From NCBI GenBank assembly GCA_965261185.1, contig CBDHCN010000002.1, forward strand, positions 2,878,093-2,942,092: 64,000 bases of DNA. The letters are read 5' to 3'. Under the pieces are notes generated by a model. The model saw only the letters and a list, made by a program, of their open reading frames with translations, searched no databases and was not told the origin of the DNA. Of this stretch, positions 46,867-56,666 are shown piece after piece. Positions within the stretch are counted from its first letter, which is position 1; every line of letters starts with the position of its first letter. Both the position numbers and the translations under genes were made by a program. The DNA comes from Candidatus Aldehydirespiratoraceae bacterium. Its GTDB lineage: Bacteria; Actinomycetota; Acidimicrobiia; Acidimicrobiales; Aldehydirespiratoraceae.

Positions 46867-49800
46867 CCGACGTTCTCAGTGCTAGTTCTGGAGATCTTGA
46901 CAGTGTGTGTCTCACCGTCGTCGGACAACAAGGTGATGGTGTACCCAGCGACGGTGATGCTCTGGCCCTCGGTCAGGAACGGGGACTCGTCGCTGAATCC
47001 CGAGGTTGTTTCGTTCGCTCCCTTGATCGGTAGTGCGCCTGTTGCTATGGCGGCATCCACGGTGTACACCAACACGCCTTCGGGCAGTCGCTGCGAAATA
47101 TCCGAGTCGTAGCCGAATCGGCGTCTGCTCTCGACGACGATCACCTCGGTTCTCGAGAGCGGTATTGCGGCCATTGCCGTTCCGTCGCCGGGGTCGGCTA
47201 CGGGGGTCAGGTCGACGGTAGCTTCGGGTTCGGTGATGCAACGGATTTGGGCGGTGTCGAGCCAGCCCAATAGCCAGCGGTTCCATGCCAACATCTCGCC
47301 GCCGTCGAAGCGATAGCCGTATTCGGGAGGGAGGAAGACTCTGAATCCCATGAGGCCGAAATCCGCTGAGGGCCAGTTTGCGACCGCGGAGGTTCTGGAT
47401 GCTCGCGAACCGCTGGCATCGTAGAGGTCTGCAAGGCCGAGATTGTGCGCAAGTTCGTGAGCCGCGGCGTGGCCCCACTCTTGAAGCGTGCCGTCACCCA
47501 AGAAGATAATCCACGAGGAGGGGAGGTTGATTCGGTTGGTGGTCAGACTACCTTCGTCGGTCGTCACTTGACCTCCGGCGTTCGCTCCGTCGAAATGGGT
47601 GCCGGGTCCGACGGTCATCACAACGTCTATCCCGCTGAAATCGAATTCGGGGTCGGCGAGTCTTGCCGCGGCGTCTGAAATCGATTCGGATTCGTTGTAT
47701 ACGCTTCCCAAGTAGTCTCCGTAATTGTTCTCGACTCTGAGCCATCGGTGCAGGGGAACGAACTCGATGTCGAGCTTTCCGTAACTGCCCGCCTCAAGGT
47801 ACTGCTCGGCATACCGCAGACTCTCTCGGGACTCATGCCGTGTCGAATATTCGGCCTCAGCATCGGGGAAGTCCACGAACAGCACCGCTACCCGCACAGT
47901 TCTGGTGGCCTCTACAGACCCGCGATGTGGGAAACCCGGCGACAGATGCCCTCCACCGAAGGGTCGGCACATGTCCGGATCCGCACCGGTAGTATGACGG
48001 ACACCGATCGGCATGGGCACGGCCAGCGCGAAGCCCCAGCAGGTGAGAGTGCCGTCGATGTGCAACCCGCAGGACTGAGATTGTCCGCCGGCGAAGACGG
48101 CGCTGAATTCTCCGCTGGGAGCGTAGGGTTGACCGGGGTAGTCGTATCCCCAGCAACTGACTGTCTTGTCGATGCGCAGCCCGCAAGAGTGTCGTCGGCC
48201 AGCGCTGACGGCGCTAAATTGCCCGCTCGGAGGAGTCCCGTAACCCGCGTTGTTGTATCCCCAGCATGCAACCGTCTTGTCGATGCCTAGGCCGCACGAG
48301 TGAGATTGTCCTCCAGTGATGGCGGTGAACCGCCCGCGTGGTGTGTCGGTCTGCAGATTGTCGTCCGGCCCCCAGCATGTGATTGCCATATCGGTTCGTA
48401 GACCGCAAGAAATTCCACCACCAGTTGTGATCGCGGTGAACTGACCGCTAGGGGCATCCGTCCGGCCTTCGATGTTGTCGCCCCAGCATGTGACGGTCTT
48501 GTCGGTGCGTAGCGCGCACGAATGCCAATACCCTATTGTGACATCGGTGAAACGTCCGTCGGGAGTGTCGGTCTGGTTGTCGTAGTCTTGTCCCCAGCAG
48601 GCTAGGGTTTGTTCGGCGCGTATCCCGCACGAACGAGACGTCCCTGAAGCTAAGGCGGTAAATTGTCCGCTGGGTGGGTCAGTCTCTCCCGTGAGGTTGC
48701 TTCCCCAGCAGGTGATGGTGTTGTCGGTGCGCAGACCGCAGGTAAACCGGTGGCCGGTGGCGACAGCGATAAAATGCCCGCTCGGCGCGAAGGCTTGAGC
48801 TTCGGTGTTGTCTCCCCAGCAGGCAAGGGTATTGTCGCTGCGTATTCCGCACGAATGCCAATCGCCCATGGTGAGATTGGTGAACTTCCCGATGGGTGCG
48901 TCGGTCTGCTCGTTGTAGTCTTGTCCCCAGCAGAGGATTGTGTTGTCTGTGCGTAGTCCGCAAGAATGTGATCCGCCGGCTGCAATGGCTTTGAATTGTC
49001 CGTTGGGCGCATGGGTAGCTCCTTCGTAGACGTATCCCCAACAGGAGATGGTGTTGTCTGTACGGAGCCCGCAAGAATGCGATCCTCCGGTAGTGATCGC
49101 GGTGAACAGCCCGTTGGGAGTGTTGGTCTGCTGGCTTTGGCCGTGACCCCAACAGGTGATGGTCCTATCGGCGCGTAACCCGCAGGAATACTGATATCCC
49201 GCCGTGATGTCGGTGAATTGTCCGGCGGGAGGGCTGGACTCTCCGTAGAAGTTGGACCCCCAGCATGCGATGGTTTGGTCGGTGCGAAGTCCGCAGGCGT
49301 GACTCGCACCAGCGGTGATGTCGGTGAACTGCCCAACCGGAGGACTCGGCAGTCCCCAAAGGTTCGATCCCCAGCAGGTGATGGTGTTGTCAGTCCGTAT
49401 CCCGCACGAGATTGAACTAGCGGTAGTGACAGCGGTGAACTGCCCGACCGGCGGCTCAGCCTGACCGAAACGGATGTCGCCCCAGCAGGTGACGGTCTTG
49501 TCGGTGCGAATCCCGCAGGAATGATCTCCGTCAACGCCACCGTAAGCGCTAACGGCGGTGAACTGGCCAACGGGAGGGTTGGACTCTCCATAGTTGTTCG
49601 CTCCCCAGCAAGCAATGGTCTGGTCCGTGCGCAACCCACAGGAATGCTCGTATCCTGCGGCAACGGCGGTGAATTCGTTGCAATCTGGGCTGGCGGGGTC
49701 GATGGACACCGGGGGTTCGCCCTTGTAGCGGTACAAGAAAGTGGCCAGCTGACCGCGGGTGATCGGTTCGTCGGGAGAGTAGGTCGTGGGGCTGGTGCCG

Positions 49801-50301
49801 GTGGTTATGCCACTGCGGAACATCCAGGCCACTGGTTGCTGTTGCCAGGGTGCCGTGACATCGGCGAAAGGGTGGCTCGCGGCGTGGGGTCTGCCTGCGA
49901 GGCGATGCAGGAAAGCGGCGACTTCACCGCGTGTGAGGGTGTCGTTCGGCGCGAACGCGGTGGGGGTTTTGCCAGTGGTAATGTTGTTCGTGTACATCCA
50001 GGAGACGGCTTTGTTCCAGTCTTCGCCGATGACATCTTCAAATGGGTGAGGTGGTGCATCCGGTTGTCCGCGCATGCGCCATATGTACAGGGCGGGTGTC
50101 GCCCCGGCTCGCCGCGATATTCGGCGCAAAACAGGCTGAATTGTCAGTGTCGACGATGCGGTTGTCGACCATCCACTGGACTGGTTCGGTGTAGTAGCGC
50201 TCTGGTTCGACATCACCGAAACCCGCTACTCCCGCAACAGGTGCCGCGGGTGCCAATAGCCCGACAACCAAACCCAACACCAAACACACTCGCTTGCCCA
50301 C
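46851..50301 (-). CDS. secreted SLH-like x3 / RCC1-like x15 / M6 (InhA-like) zinc metalloprotease; N-terminal +1 frameshift near 50098-50106
   Basis: The signal peptide and first SLH-like repeat lie in ORF 50038..50301 (MGKRVCLVLGLVVGLLAPAAP...FGDVEPERYYTEPVQWMVDN). The main ORF 46851..50216 has FEDV...TRGEVAAFLHRLAG repeats and 15 units of hSCGLRTDxTIxCWG. Its C-terminus has VAVLFVDFPD and HELAHNLGLADLY. Confidence 0.75.
47980..49680 (-). repeat. array of ~15 diverged ~111-bp coding repeats (37-aa RCC1-like blades)
   Basis: The period is ~37 aa with the recurring consensus SCG(L/I)RTD.T(I/V).CWG......(P)..G.FT.(I/V). The coordinates are approximate. Confidence 0.7.
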
Positions 50302-50384
50302 AGCCGCAACCTACCGCGGGTCTGGCAACGGGGTCAGACTGGGGCGGATTGGACTTGTGGTGGTGGGGTCGTAGAGTGCAGCGC

Positions 50385-51500
50385 ATGAACTTTGCATTCT
50401 CAGAAGAGCAGGAGCAGTTGCGAGATTTCGTCCGCAGCTTTCTTGAAGACAAGTCGTCGGAAACATCAGTGCGTGAGCAGATGGACACAGAGGTCGGATA
50501 TGACGACGCAGTCTGGAGCCAGATGGCTGAGCAGATGGGCCTGCAAGCACTGGCTATTCCCGAAGAATACGGAGGTCAGGGCTTCGGTTTTGTAGAGCAG
50601 ATAGTGGTACTGGAGGAAATGGGCCGGGCCCTGCTCTGCGCCCCGTATTTCTCGTCGTGCGTGCTGGCGGCCAACACCTTGATGCAAAGCGGCGATGAGG
50701 ACGCAAAGAACGCCCATTTGCCGGGCATCGCCTCGGGAGAGACCCGAGCAACCCTTGCCTTCACCGAGGAGAATGGTCGCTGGGACGAAGGCGGGATCAC
50801 CATGGCGGCGTCGGCCGATGGCGACTCCTGGACGCTCGACGGCACGAAGATGTATGTGCTCGACGGTCACACCGCCAATCTGATCCTGGTGGCGGCGCGT
50901 AGCGATGCGGGAGTGTCGCTGTTCAGCGTTGCCGCTGACGCCGATGGCCTCACCCGCACTGCGCTGTCAACGATGGATCAGACGCGCAAGCAAGCCAAGT
51001 TGGAGTTTTCCGGCGTGTCTGCCGAGTTGATCGGCCAAGACGGCGCGGGCTGGGATGTCTTGGCGACAGTGCTCGATCTAGCAGCGGTGGCGCTCGCGGC
51101 TGAACAAGTAGGCGGTGCGCAGATGTGTCTGGACATGTCGGTCGAATACGCCAAAGTCCGTGTCCAGTTCGGTCGCCCGATTGGATCCTTTCAGGCGATC
51201 AAGCACAAGTGTGCCGACATGCTCCTAGAGGTCGAGTCGGCCAAATCTGCTGCCTACTACGCGGGTTGGTGCGCCGCTGAAATGAACGATGAGCTGGGCC
51301 AGGTCGCATCATTGGCCAAGAGCTACTGCTCCGAGGCCTACTTTCATGCCGCTGCCGAGAACATCCAAATCCATGGTGGCATCGGCTTCACTTGGGAGCA
51401 TCCCGCTCATCTCTACTTCAAGCGCGCAAAGAGTTCTGAGTTGCTGTTCGGTGATCCCACCTACCATCGCGAACTGCTCGCCCAACGCATCGGGATCTGA
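50385..51500 (+). CDS. acyl-CoA dehydrogenase family protein
   Basis: The protein begins MNFAFSEEQEQLRDFVRSFL at ATG 50385. Also present are QFGRPIGSFQAIKHKCADM and ENIQIHGGIGFTWEHPAHLYFKRA. The upstream part of listed ORF 49521..51500 is antisense to the RCC1 repeats. Confidence 0.9.
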   Translation: MNFAFSEEQEQLRDFVRSFLEDKSSETSVREQMDTEVGYDDAVWSQMAEQMGLQALAIPEEYGGQGFGFVEQIVVLEEMGRALLCAPYFSSCVLAANTLMQSGDEDAKNAHLPGIASGETRATLAFTEENGRWDEGGITMAASADGDSWTLDGTKMYVLDGHTANLILVAARSDAGVSLFSVAADADGLTRTALSTMDQTRKQAKLEFSGVSAELIGQDGAGWDVLATVLDLAAVALAAEQVGGAQMCLDMSVEYAKVRVQFGRPIGSFQAIKHKCADMLLEVESAKSAAYYAGWCAAEMNDELGQVASLAKSYCSEAYFHAAAENIQIHGGIGFTWEHPAHLYFKRAKSSELLFGDPTYHRELLAQRIGI

Positions 51501-51526
51501 CAACGCGCATGTGGAGGTGACGCGGC

Positions 51527-51970
51527 TTGGAATGGATCTTCTTCCTAGTCGGTGCCTTAATCGTTGTCCTGATCGCCTTTGTGGCTGTCGGGCAGGCGGT
51601 TGGACAACTAGAAGTCGAACGAAACCCGGCTGTCTATGACCTCAATGACGCGGTGCTTTGGATCGCGCAACGGCTTCCCGACGAGGTGACCGCGCAGATC
51701 TCCTATGACGACGTCGCCTTGCTGTTGAGTTGGCACCTTGATTGGTTTCAAGAAGTTGGGGTCGCCTCGCGCCACGGTCAGGAACTGGCAACTGATCAGG
51801 TCCGCATTGATGGGGCGATTGCCACAGACGAAGCGGCGATAGACGCGATTGTGGCCCGCTCGCTAGCTGCTGGTGGTCCAGAAGCAGTCGATGTGGTCTG
51901 CGTGCTCGACCTCCAAATGAAGTACCTCGCCGCGATCGGCGCGGTCGGTGACGAGGTCGTTGATTCGTAG
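51527..51970 (+). CDS. hypothetical N-terminally membrane-anchored protein
   Basis: A single N-terminal TM is present (MEWIFFLVGALIVVLIAFVAVG), followed by an acidic soluble domain. No motif was recognised. Confidence 0.5.
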   Translation: MEWIFFLVGALIVVLIAFVAVGQAVGQLEVERNPAVYDLNDAVLWIAQRLPDEVTAQISYDDVALLLSWHLDWFQEVGVASRHGQELATDQVRIDGAIATDEAAIDAIVARSLAAGGPEAVDVVCVLDLQMKYLAAIGAVGDEVVDS

Positions 51971-52235
51971 ACCGAGCGAAAATATCCCACACTTCCGAGT
52001 GCTTTTGTGCTTCACTATTGGCACCAAAGAAAGGAGGTGGTCCCGCAGTGTGTAGAAGATCTGTGACCTTGGAGGTGGCTGGCCGCTAGAACAGCTGCTG
52101 GACCACTGGCGCAAACCAAGCCAGCTCCACCCCTGGGGCTAGGTGGACCGGGAATATGTCACGCCTGGTGCGGTACCGCAAGGTGCCACCACTCCCTGGG
52201 TTTCCAGCAAACATTGTTTTTCAAGCAATACTCAA

Positions 52236-52280
52236 GAACCGTCCTAGGGCTGTCACGGCCCTGGGACGGTTCTCTTTTGG
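52236..52280 (+). terminator. intrinsic terminator (15-bp stem plus T-tract)
   Basis: gaaccgtcctagggc-[tgtcacg]-gccctgggacggttc contains one G-U pair and is followed by tctcttttgg. Confidence 0.7.
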
Positions 52281-52329
52281 ATCCCTTTGAATCGCCAACT
52301 CTTGTCGTCGCTGCCGCTAGGTTGCGTGC

Positions 52330-52521
52330 ATGGAACGACCGGCTCGATACCAAAACAGCCGCTTTCTGGGGGATAAGCGGGTCCAGGTGGTCTATGACCT
52401 CGATGACGTGACAGATGAGTCTGTCATAGAAGAACTTGCCGATGGCCCCCATGCTCTAGCGTTCGGGCCTGACACGCTTGCTGAAGCTCGAAACCGCGGC
52501 TACCGCTTGCGGTCGACCTGA
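52330..52521 (+). CDS. hypothetical small protein (weak call)
   Basis: A 63-codon ORF (…KRVQVVYDLDDVTDESVIEELADGPHALAFGPDTLAEARNRGYRL) lies between the terminator and the hydrolase gene. It has no clear SD and no recognised family. Confidence 0.25.
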   Translation: MERPARYQNSRFLGDKRVQVVYDLDDVTDESVIEELADGPHALAFGPDTLAEARNRGYRLRST

Positions 52522-52540
52522 TTGGCGAGGCGACGCTTTC

Positions 52541-53311
52541 GTGGATAGCCGGTTTCTTGTCGACGACATTGAGTTGGAGGCCCATGTCGCCCGCCCTCCC
52601 CAGAATCGTGGCACGGCCCAACCTGGGCTGGTGATTGCTCACGGTTTCCCGGCCGAGGCTGGGGGTGGTATCAACTCAACTTCGAGCTTTCCGGGTCTGG
52701 CTGATCGGGTGGCTACTGAGTGTGGTTGGGCTGCGCTGGCATTTTCGAGCAGGGGGATCGCTCAATCTGCCGGTGACTTCTCCCTTGAGGGTTGGTTACG
52801 GGACCTGCAAGGTGCGATCGCTCATCTGCGTGAGTCTGTGCATTGCGACGGGATATGGATTTTAGGGTTTGGTACTGGGGGTGCCCTGGCGATCGAGGCC
52901 GGGGCTGCCGATGAAACTATCCGTGGCGTCTGCGCGGTTTCGCTGCCAGCGGATTTCAGCGACTGGGCGCGCAGTCCCCGCAAGTTGCTGGTGCTGGCAC
53001 GCGAAATGGGAGCAATCCGCGATAGCAACTTTCCAGAAGACTTTGGTGATTGGTCGCAGCAATTGCGCTCGGTCGATGCCAGCAAGGCCGCGGCTCGCTT
53101 GTCGCCGCGGGAGTTGCTGCTGATTCATGGCAGCGACGATGAGGTGGTGCCGGTGCTCGACGCCCGAGCGGTCGCGGACTCGCACGGCTCGGCAGATTTG
53201 CGGATCATTGATGGAGCGAGCCATCACCTGCGTCATGATCCCCGCGCTATCGCGGTGGTGCTTGGCTGGCTCGACCGGCAGCGCAACCGGCTGCTTTCTG
53301 AGGTTGCCTGA
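52541..53311 (+). CDS. alpha/beta hydrolase
   Basis: GLVIAHGFPAE, the nucleophile elbow ILGFGTGGALA, and LIHGSDDEVVP...GASHHL are present. GTG 52541 (VDSRFLVDD) is preferred over 52478. Confidence 0.75.
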   Translation: MDSRFLVDDIELEAHVARPPQNRGTAQPGLVIAHGFPAEAGGGINSTSSFPGLADRVATECGWAALAFSSRGIAQSAGDFSLEGWLRDLQGAIAHLRESVHCDGIWILGFGTGGALAIEAGAADETIRGVCAVSLPADFSDWARSPRKLLVLAREMGAIRDSNFPEDFGDWSQQLRSVDASKAAARLSPRELLLIHGSDDEVVPVLDARAVADSHGSADLRIIDGASHHLRHDPRAIAVVLGWLDRQRNRLLSEVA

Positions 53312-53314
53312 GGA

Positions 53315-53911
53315 TCAACCAGAGCTTGAACCTCTGGATTTTTCGACCTTCCGTTTCTCGCGGAGCCGACCGAGAGCCCCTGGGTCACCGAGGTCGGCAA
53401 CGCTGCGGAGATCTTCTTGGGCGAAAACCCCGGCGATAGTCTCCCAACCGGATGGCTGGTAATCGAAGCGTTTGGCCAGGATGGACATGAAAATCTGGGC
53501 CTTCACCGGACCGTAGCCGGGCAACGCCAAGAGTCGCTTGTAGAGCACTTCGGCATCATCCACATCTTCCCACAGCAATGCTGGGTCACCTTCGTATTCG
53601 TCAACCAGATGCTCGCACAGCTTGTGGATGCGGCGCCCCATCATGGCCGGGAAGCGGTGCACCGCGGGTTTCTGAGCGGCTACAGCGGCCAGTTCTTCTG
53701 GATCCATCGCGGCGATGTGGTCGGCATCAAGGGTGCCGTCGAGTCGTTGGGCCAGTCGCAGGGGTGCGGCGAAGGCCCATTCGATGGGGATCTGCTGGTC
53801 GAGCAACATTCCGATCCTGAGCGCCAGCGGGTTGGTGTTGAGCAGGTGGTCTGCCTCGGCGTCACCAGTGACGACGAGCGTACCGTTGGCGGGCCGCTGG
53901 GCCTCAGGCAC
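53315..53911 (-). CDS. HhH-GPD-type base-excision-repair-like protein
   Basis: LLNTNPLALRIGMLLDQQIPIEWAF and LLALPGYGPVKAQIFMSILAKRF are present. GTG 53911 overlaps the aceE stop by 8 nt. The upstream 68 codons of the listed ORF lie inside aceE. Confidence 0.7.
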   Translation of the reverse strand: MPEAQRPANGTLVVTGDAEADHLLNTNPLALRIGMLLDQQIPIEWAFAAPLRLAQRLDGTLDADHIAAMDPEELAAVAAQKPAVHRFPAMMGRRIHKLCEHLVDEYEGDPALLWEDVDDAEVLYKRLLALPGYGPVKAQIFMSILAKRFDYQPSGWETIAGVFAQEDLRSVADLGDPGALGRLREKRKVEKSRGSSSG

Positions 53912-56621
53912 CAGTGTCTGGATGGGCTGGGTCGGGGCGGTACGGGTCGATACCGGCCTTGGCGATGGCACGGCTGACTTCCTCACGGGTAGCGGTGCCT
54001 TCTTCGAGCATGGCTGACAATACCGCCACCACGATATTGCTGGCGTCGATCTCGAAGAATCGCCGCAACGCTTCCCTCGTGTCGGAACGACCGAAACCGT
54101 CGGTCCCGAGGACATGTAGCGGGCGAGGCGTCCACCGTGCGATCTGATCGGGAACCAGCGTCATCCAATCCGACACAGCCACTATCGGTCCCTCGCTGTC
54201 GCTGAGTCTGCGTGTCACGTTGGACAACTCTGGGGGCCGATCAGGAGACAATCGGTTGCGACGTTCCACGTCTAGTGCGTCGGCGCGAAGTCGCTTGTAG
54301 GAGGTGACGCTCCAGAGTTCGACGCCGATGTCGTAGTCGTCGACGAGGATCTGTTGGGCTTCGCGCGCGGCCAGGTTCAAGGTGCCCGAAAAGAGGATGG
54401 TCGCGCGGCGCTCAGTCTCGTCGGGGCCATCGTCGAACTTGTAGATTCCGTCGGTGATGTCGCGGTCCTGAACATGATCCGGACGCGGGGGTTGTTCGTA
54501 GTTCTCGTTGTAGATCGTGATGTAATAAAACACGTCTTCGCCATCGGCGGATCGGCCGTCGGGGTACATCCGATGCAGGCCCTGGCGCAAGATCGTGCCG
54601 AGTTCGTAGGCGAAGGCGGGGTCATACGCTTCGCAGGAGGGAACCGTTGATGCCAACAGCATGCTGTGACCGTCTTGATGTTGTAGTCCTTCGCCGAGCA
54701 GGGTGGTGCGGCCTGCGGTGGCGCCCATGAGAAAACCTCGCGTACGGGCGTCAGCTGCTGCCCACAGCGAGTCACCGACCCTCTGAAACCCGAACATTGA
54801 GTAAAAGGTGTAGAACGGGACCATAGGAACACCGCTGTTGGCGTAGGCGGTTCCAGCGGCGATCCATTCGGCGGTCGAACCACATTCGGTTATGCCCTCT
54901 TCGAGGATTTGCCCGTCTTCAGATTCGGCGTAGGAGAGCAGCAGGTCGTGGTCGACTGGTTCGTAGAGTTGGCCTTGCGGCGCGTATATGCGGAACTCTC
55001 GAAACAGCGAGTCCATACCGAAGGTGCGGGCCTCGTCGGGGACGATCGGCACGACACGTTCGCCGAATCGCTTGTCTCTCAGCAGGTCTCGCAACACTGC
55101 AGTGAAAGCCATTGTGGTCGATACCGAGCGCCCCGAGGAGCCTTTCTGGAGATCAAGGAAGGGTGCCTCGCTGGGCAACTTGAGTGGTCGGCGGTCTCGT
55201 ACGATGCGGCTGGGCAGGGGCCCGTCGAGTGCGCGGCGTCGCTCCATCAGATAGGCGCGCTCCTCTCCGTCTGGTGATGGCCGGTAATAAGGTGGGATGC
55301 CGTCGTCGAGTGAATCCTCGGAGATTTCCTCTTCCATCCGGAGCCTGGCCCTTAGTTCCAGAAGTTGTGCCTTGGTCATCTTCTTGATCTGGTGGGTGGC
55401 GTTGCGCCCTTCGAAACCCTCACCAAGGGTCCAGCCCTTAATGGTCTTGGCGAGGATCACGGTTGGTTGTCCAGTGGTCTGAGCTGCAGCTTTGAAAGCG
55501 GCGTAGACCTTTTGGTAGTCGTGGCCCCCGCGGGGGAGCGCTTTGAGGTCGTCGTCGCTCAGGTGTTCTACGAGTTTGCGCAGTCTCGGGTCTGGTCCGA
55601 AGAAATTCTCGCGGATGTAGGCGCCGTCTTCAACGGCGAAACGCTGGTATTCGCCGTCGACTGTTTCGGACATCTTGTTGAGGAGCACACCATCTACATC
55701 GCGATGCAGCAGTTCATCCCAGCGACTACCCCAGATCACCTTGATGACGTTCCAGCCGGCGCCACGGAATACGCCTTCAAGTTCTTGGATGATTTTTCCG
55801 TTGCCTCTAACGGGTCCGTCAAGGCGCTGCAGGTTGCAGTTGACGATCCATTTCAAATTGTCGAGGGCGGAGCGACCTGCCAGGGCGATCGCGCCGAGGG
55901 TTTCGGGTTCGTCGCATTCGCCGTCGCCGAGAAAGCTCCACACGTTGCTTTGCGAGGTGTCGTCGATTTTGCGTTGATGCATGTAGCGGTTGAAACGGGC
56001 GTGGTAGATCGAATTGATCGGGCCCAGACCCATCGAGACGGTGGGGTACTCCCAAAACTCCGGCATCAAGCGAGGGTGCGGGTAGCTCGAAAGGCCGTTC
56101 CCGCCGACTTCCATGCGGAAATGGTCGAGTTGTTGCTCGTTGAGGCGCCCCTCAAGGAAGGCCCGTGCGTAGACCCCTGGGGCAGCATGTCCCTGGAAGT
56201 ACACATGGTCACCGGGGAGTCCGTCTTCTTTGCCTCGAAAGAAATGGTTGAAGCCGACTTCGTAGAGGGCTGCGCTTGAAGCGAACGTTGACAGGTGGCC
56301 GCCGATGCCGTCAGCGATCTTGTTGGCGCGGATCACCATGGCCGCAGCGTTCCAACGGATGATCGCCCGAATGCGTCGCTCTATGTTTTCGTCGCCGGGA
56401 AAGAAAGGTTGCGACTCGGCGGGGATGGTGTTGATGTAGGGCGTGCTGGTAGTCGGGGGGACTCCGATTTGGAGTTCGTTGGAACGTTCAAGCAGTTTGG
56501 CGAGCAGGTACCGGGCCCGAGCTTGACCTTGACTGGCATGGACTGCATCAAGGGAATCGATCCACTCAGTGGTTTCGGCTGGATCGATGTCGGGTAGTTG
56601 GCGGGAGAAGTGATCAGCCAT
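53904..56621 (-). CDS. aceE: pyruvate dehydrogenase E1 component, homodimeric type
   Basis: 905 aa with IRWNAAAMVIRANK, GGHLSTFASSAALYEVGFNHFF and FLGDGECDEPETLGAI. Confidence 0.96.
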   Translation of the reverse strand: MADHFSRQLPDIDPAETTEWIDSLDAVHASQGQARARYLLAKLLERSNELQIGVPPTTSTPYINTIPAESQPFFPGDENIERRIRAIIRWNAAAMVIRANKIADGIGGHLSTFASSAALYEVGFNHFFRGKEDGLPGDHVYFQGHAAPGVYARAFLEGRLNEQQLDHFRMEVGGNGLSSYPHPRLMPEFWEYPTVSMGLGPINSIYHARFNRYMHQRKIDDTSQSNVWSFLGDGECDEPETLGAIALAGRSALDNLKWIVNCNLQRLDGPVRGNGKIIQELEGVFRGAGWNVIKVIWGSRWDELLHRDVDGVLLNKMSETVDGEYQRFAVEDGAYIRENFFGPDPRLRKLVEHLSDDDLKALPRGGHDYQKVYAAFKAAAQTTGQPTVILAKTIKGWTLGEGFEGRNATHQIKKMTKAQLLELRARLRMEEEISEDSLDDGIPPYYRPSPDGEERAYLMERRRALDGPLPSRIVRDRRPLKLPSEAPFLDLQKGSSGRSVSTTMAFTAVLRDLLRDKRFGERVVPIVPDEARTFGMDSLFREFRIYAPQGQLYEPVDHDLLLSYAESEDGQILEEGITECGSTAEWIAAGTAYANSGVPMVPFYTFYSMFGFQRVGDSLWAAADARTRGFLMGATAGRTTLLGEGLQHQDGHSMLLASTVPSCEAYDPAFAYELGTILRQGLHRMYPDGRSADGEDVFYYITIYNENYEQPPRPDHVQDRDITDGIYKFDDGPDETERRATILFSGTLNLAAREAQQILVDDYDIGVELWSVTSYKRLRADALDVERRNRLSPDRPPELSNVTRRLSDSEGPIVAVSDWMTLVPDQIARWTPRPLHVLGTDGFGRSDTREALRRFFEIDASNIVVAVLSAMLEEGTATREEVSRAIAKAGIDPYRPDPAHPDTGA

Positions 56622-56666
56622 ATGTGTCCCTATTCTCGCATCACTTTTTTGCTTTGGGTGAAAGCA

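Noticed and set aside
49521-50384. N-terminal 288 codons of the listed 659-aa + strand ORF
   Set aside because: This part is antisense to the RCC1-like repeat array and the SLH region. The recognisable acyl-CoA dehydrogenase begins at ATG 50385 (MNFAFSEEQEQL…).
52090-52180. ZTP (pfl-motif) riboswitch
   Set aside because: Short matches to conserved pfl elements are present (ACTGGCG…GGTGGA-CCGGGAA…CGCCTGG). However, I could not build the required P1 helix, and ACTGGCG is more plausibly locked in a CTGGC/GCCAG hairpin. The terminator lies ~50 nt beyond the putative aptamer. The downstream genes are not purine or folate related.
52478-52540. Small ORF 52330..52521 and the hydrolase as one frameshifted gene
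   Set aside because: The hydrolase fold starts naturally at VDSRFLVDDIELEAHV… (GTG 52541), after the small ORF's stop. No homology bridges the two frames.
53912-54115. N-terminal 68 codons of minus ORF 53315..54115
   Set aside because: They lie inside the 3' end of aceE in another frame. The HhH-GPD-like homology starts after GTG 53911.
56598-56666. Listed start (56598) of the RNase H fusion gene
   Set aside because: It would overlap the divergent aceE start codon region by 24 nt. The residues it adds (MAGEVISHMCPYSRITFLLWVKA) are not part of the RNase H fold. ATG 56667 is more plausible.
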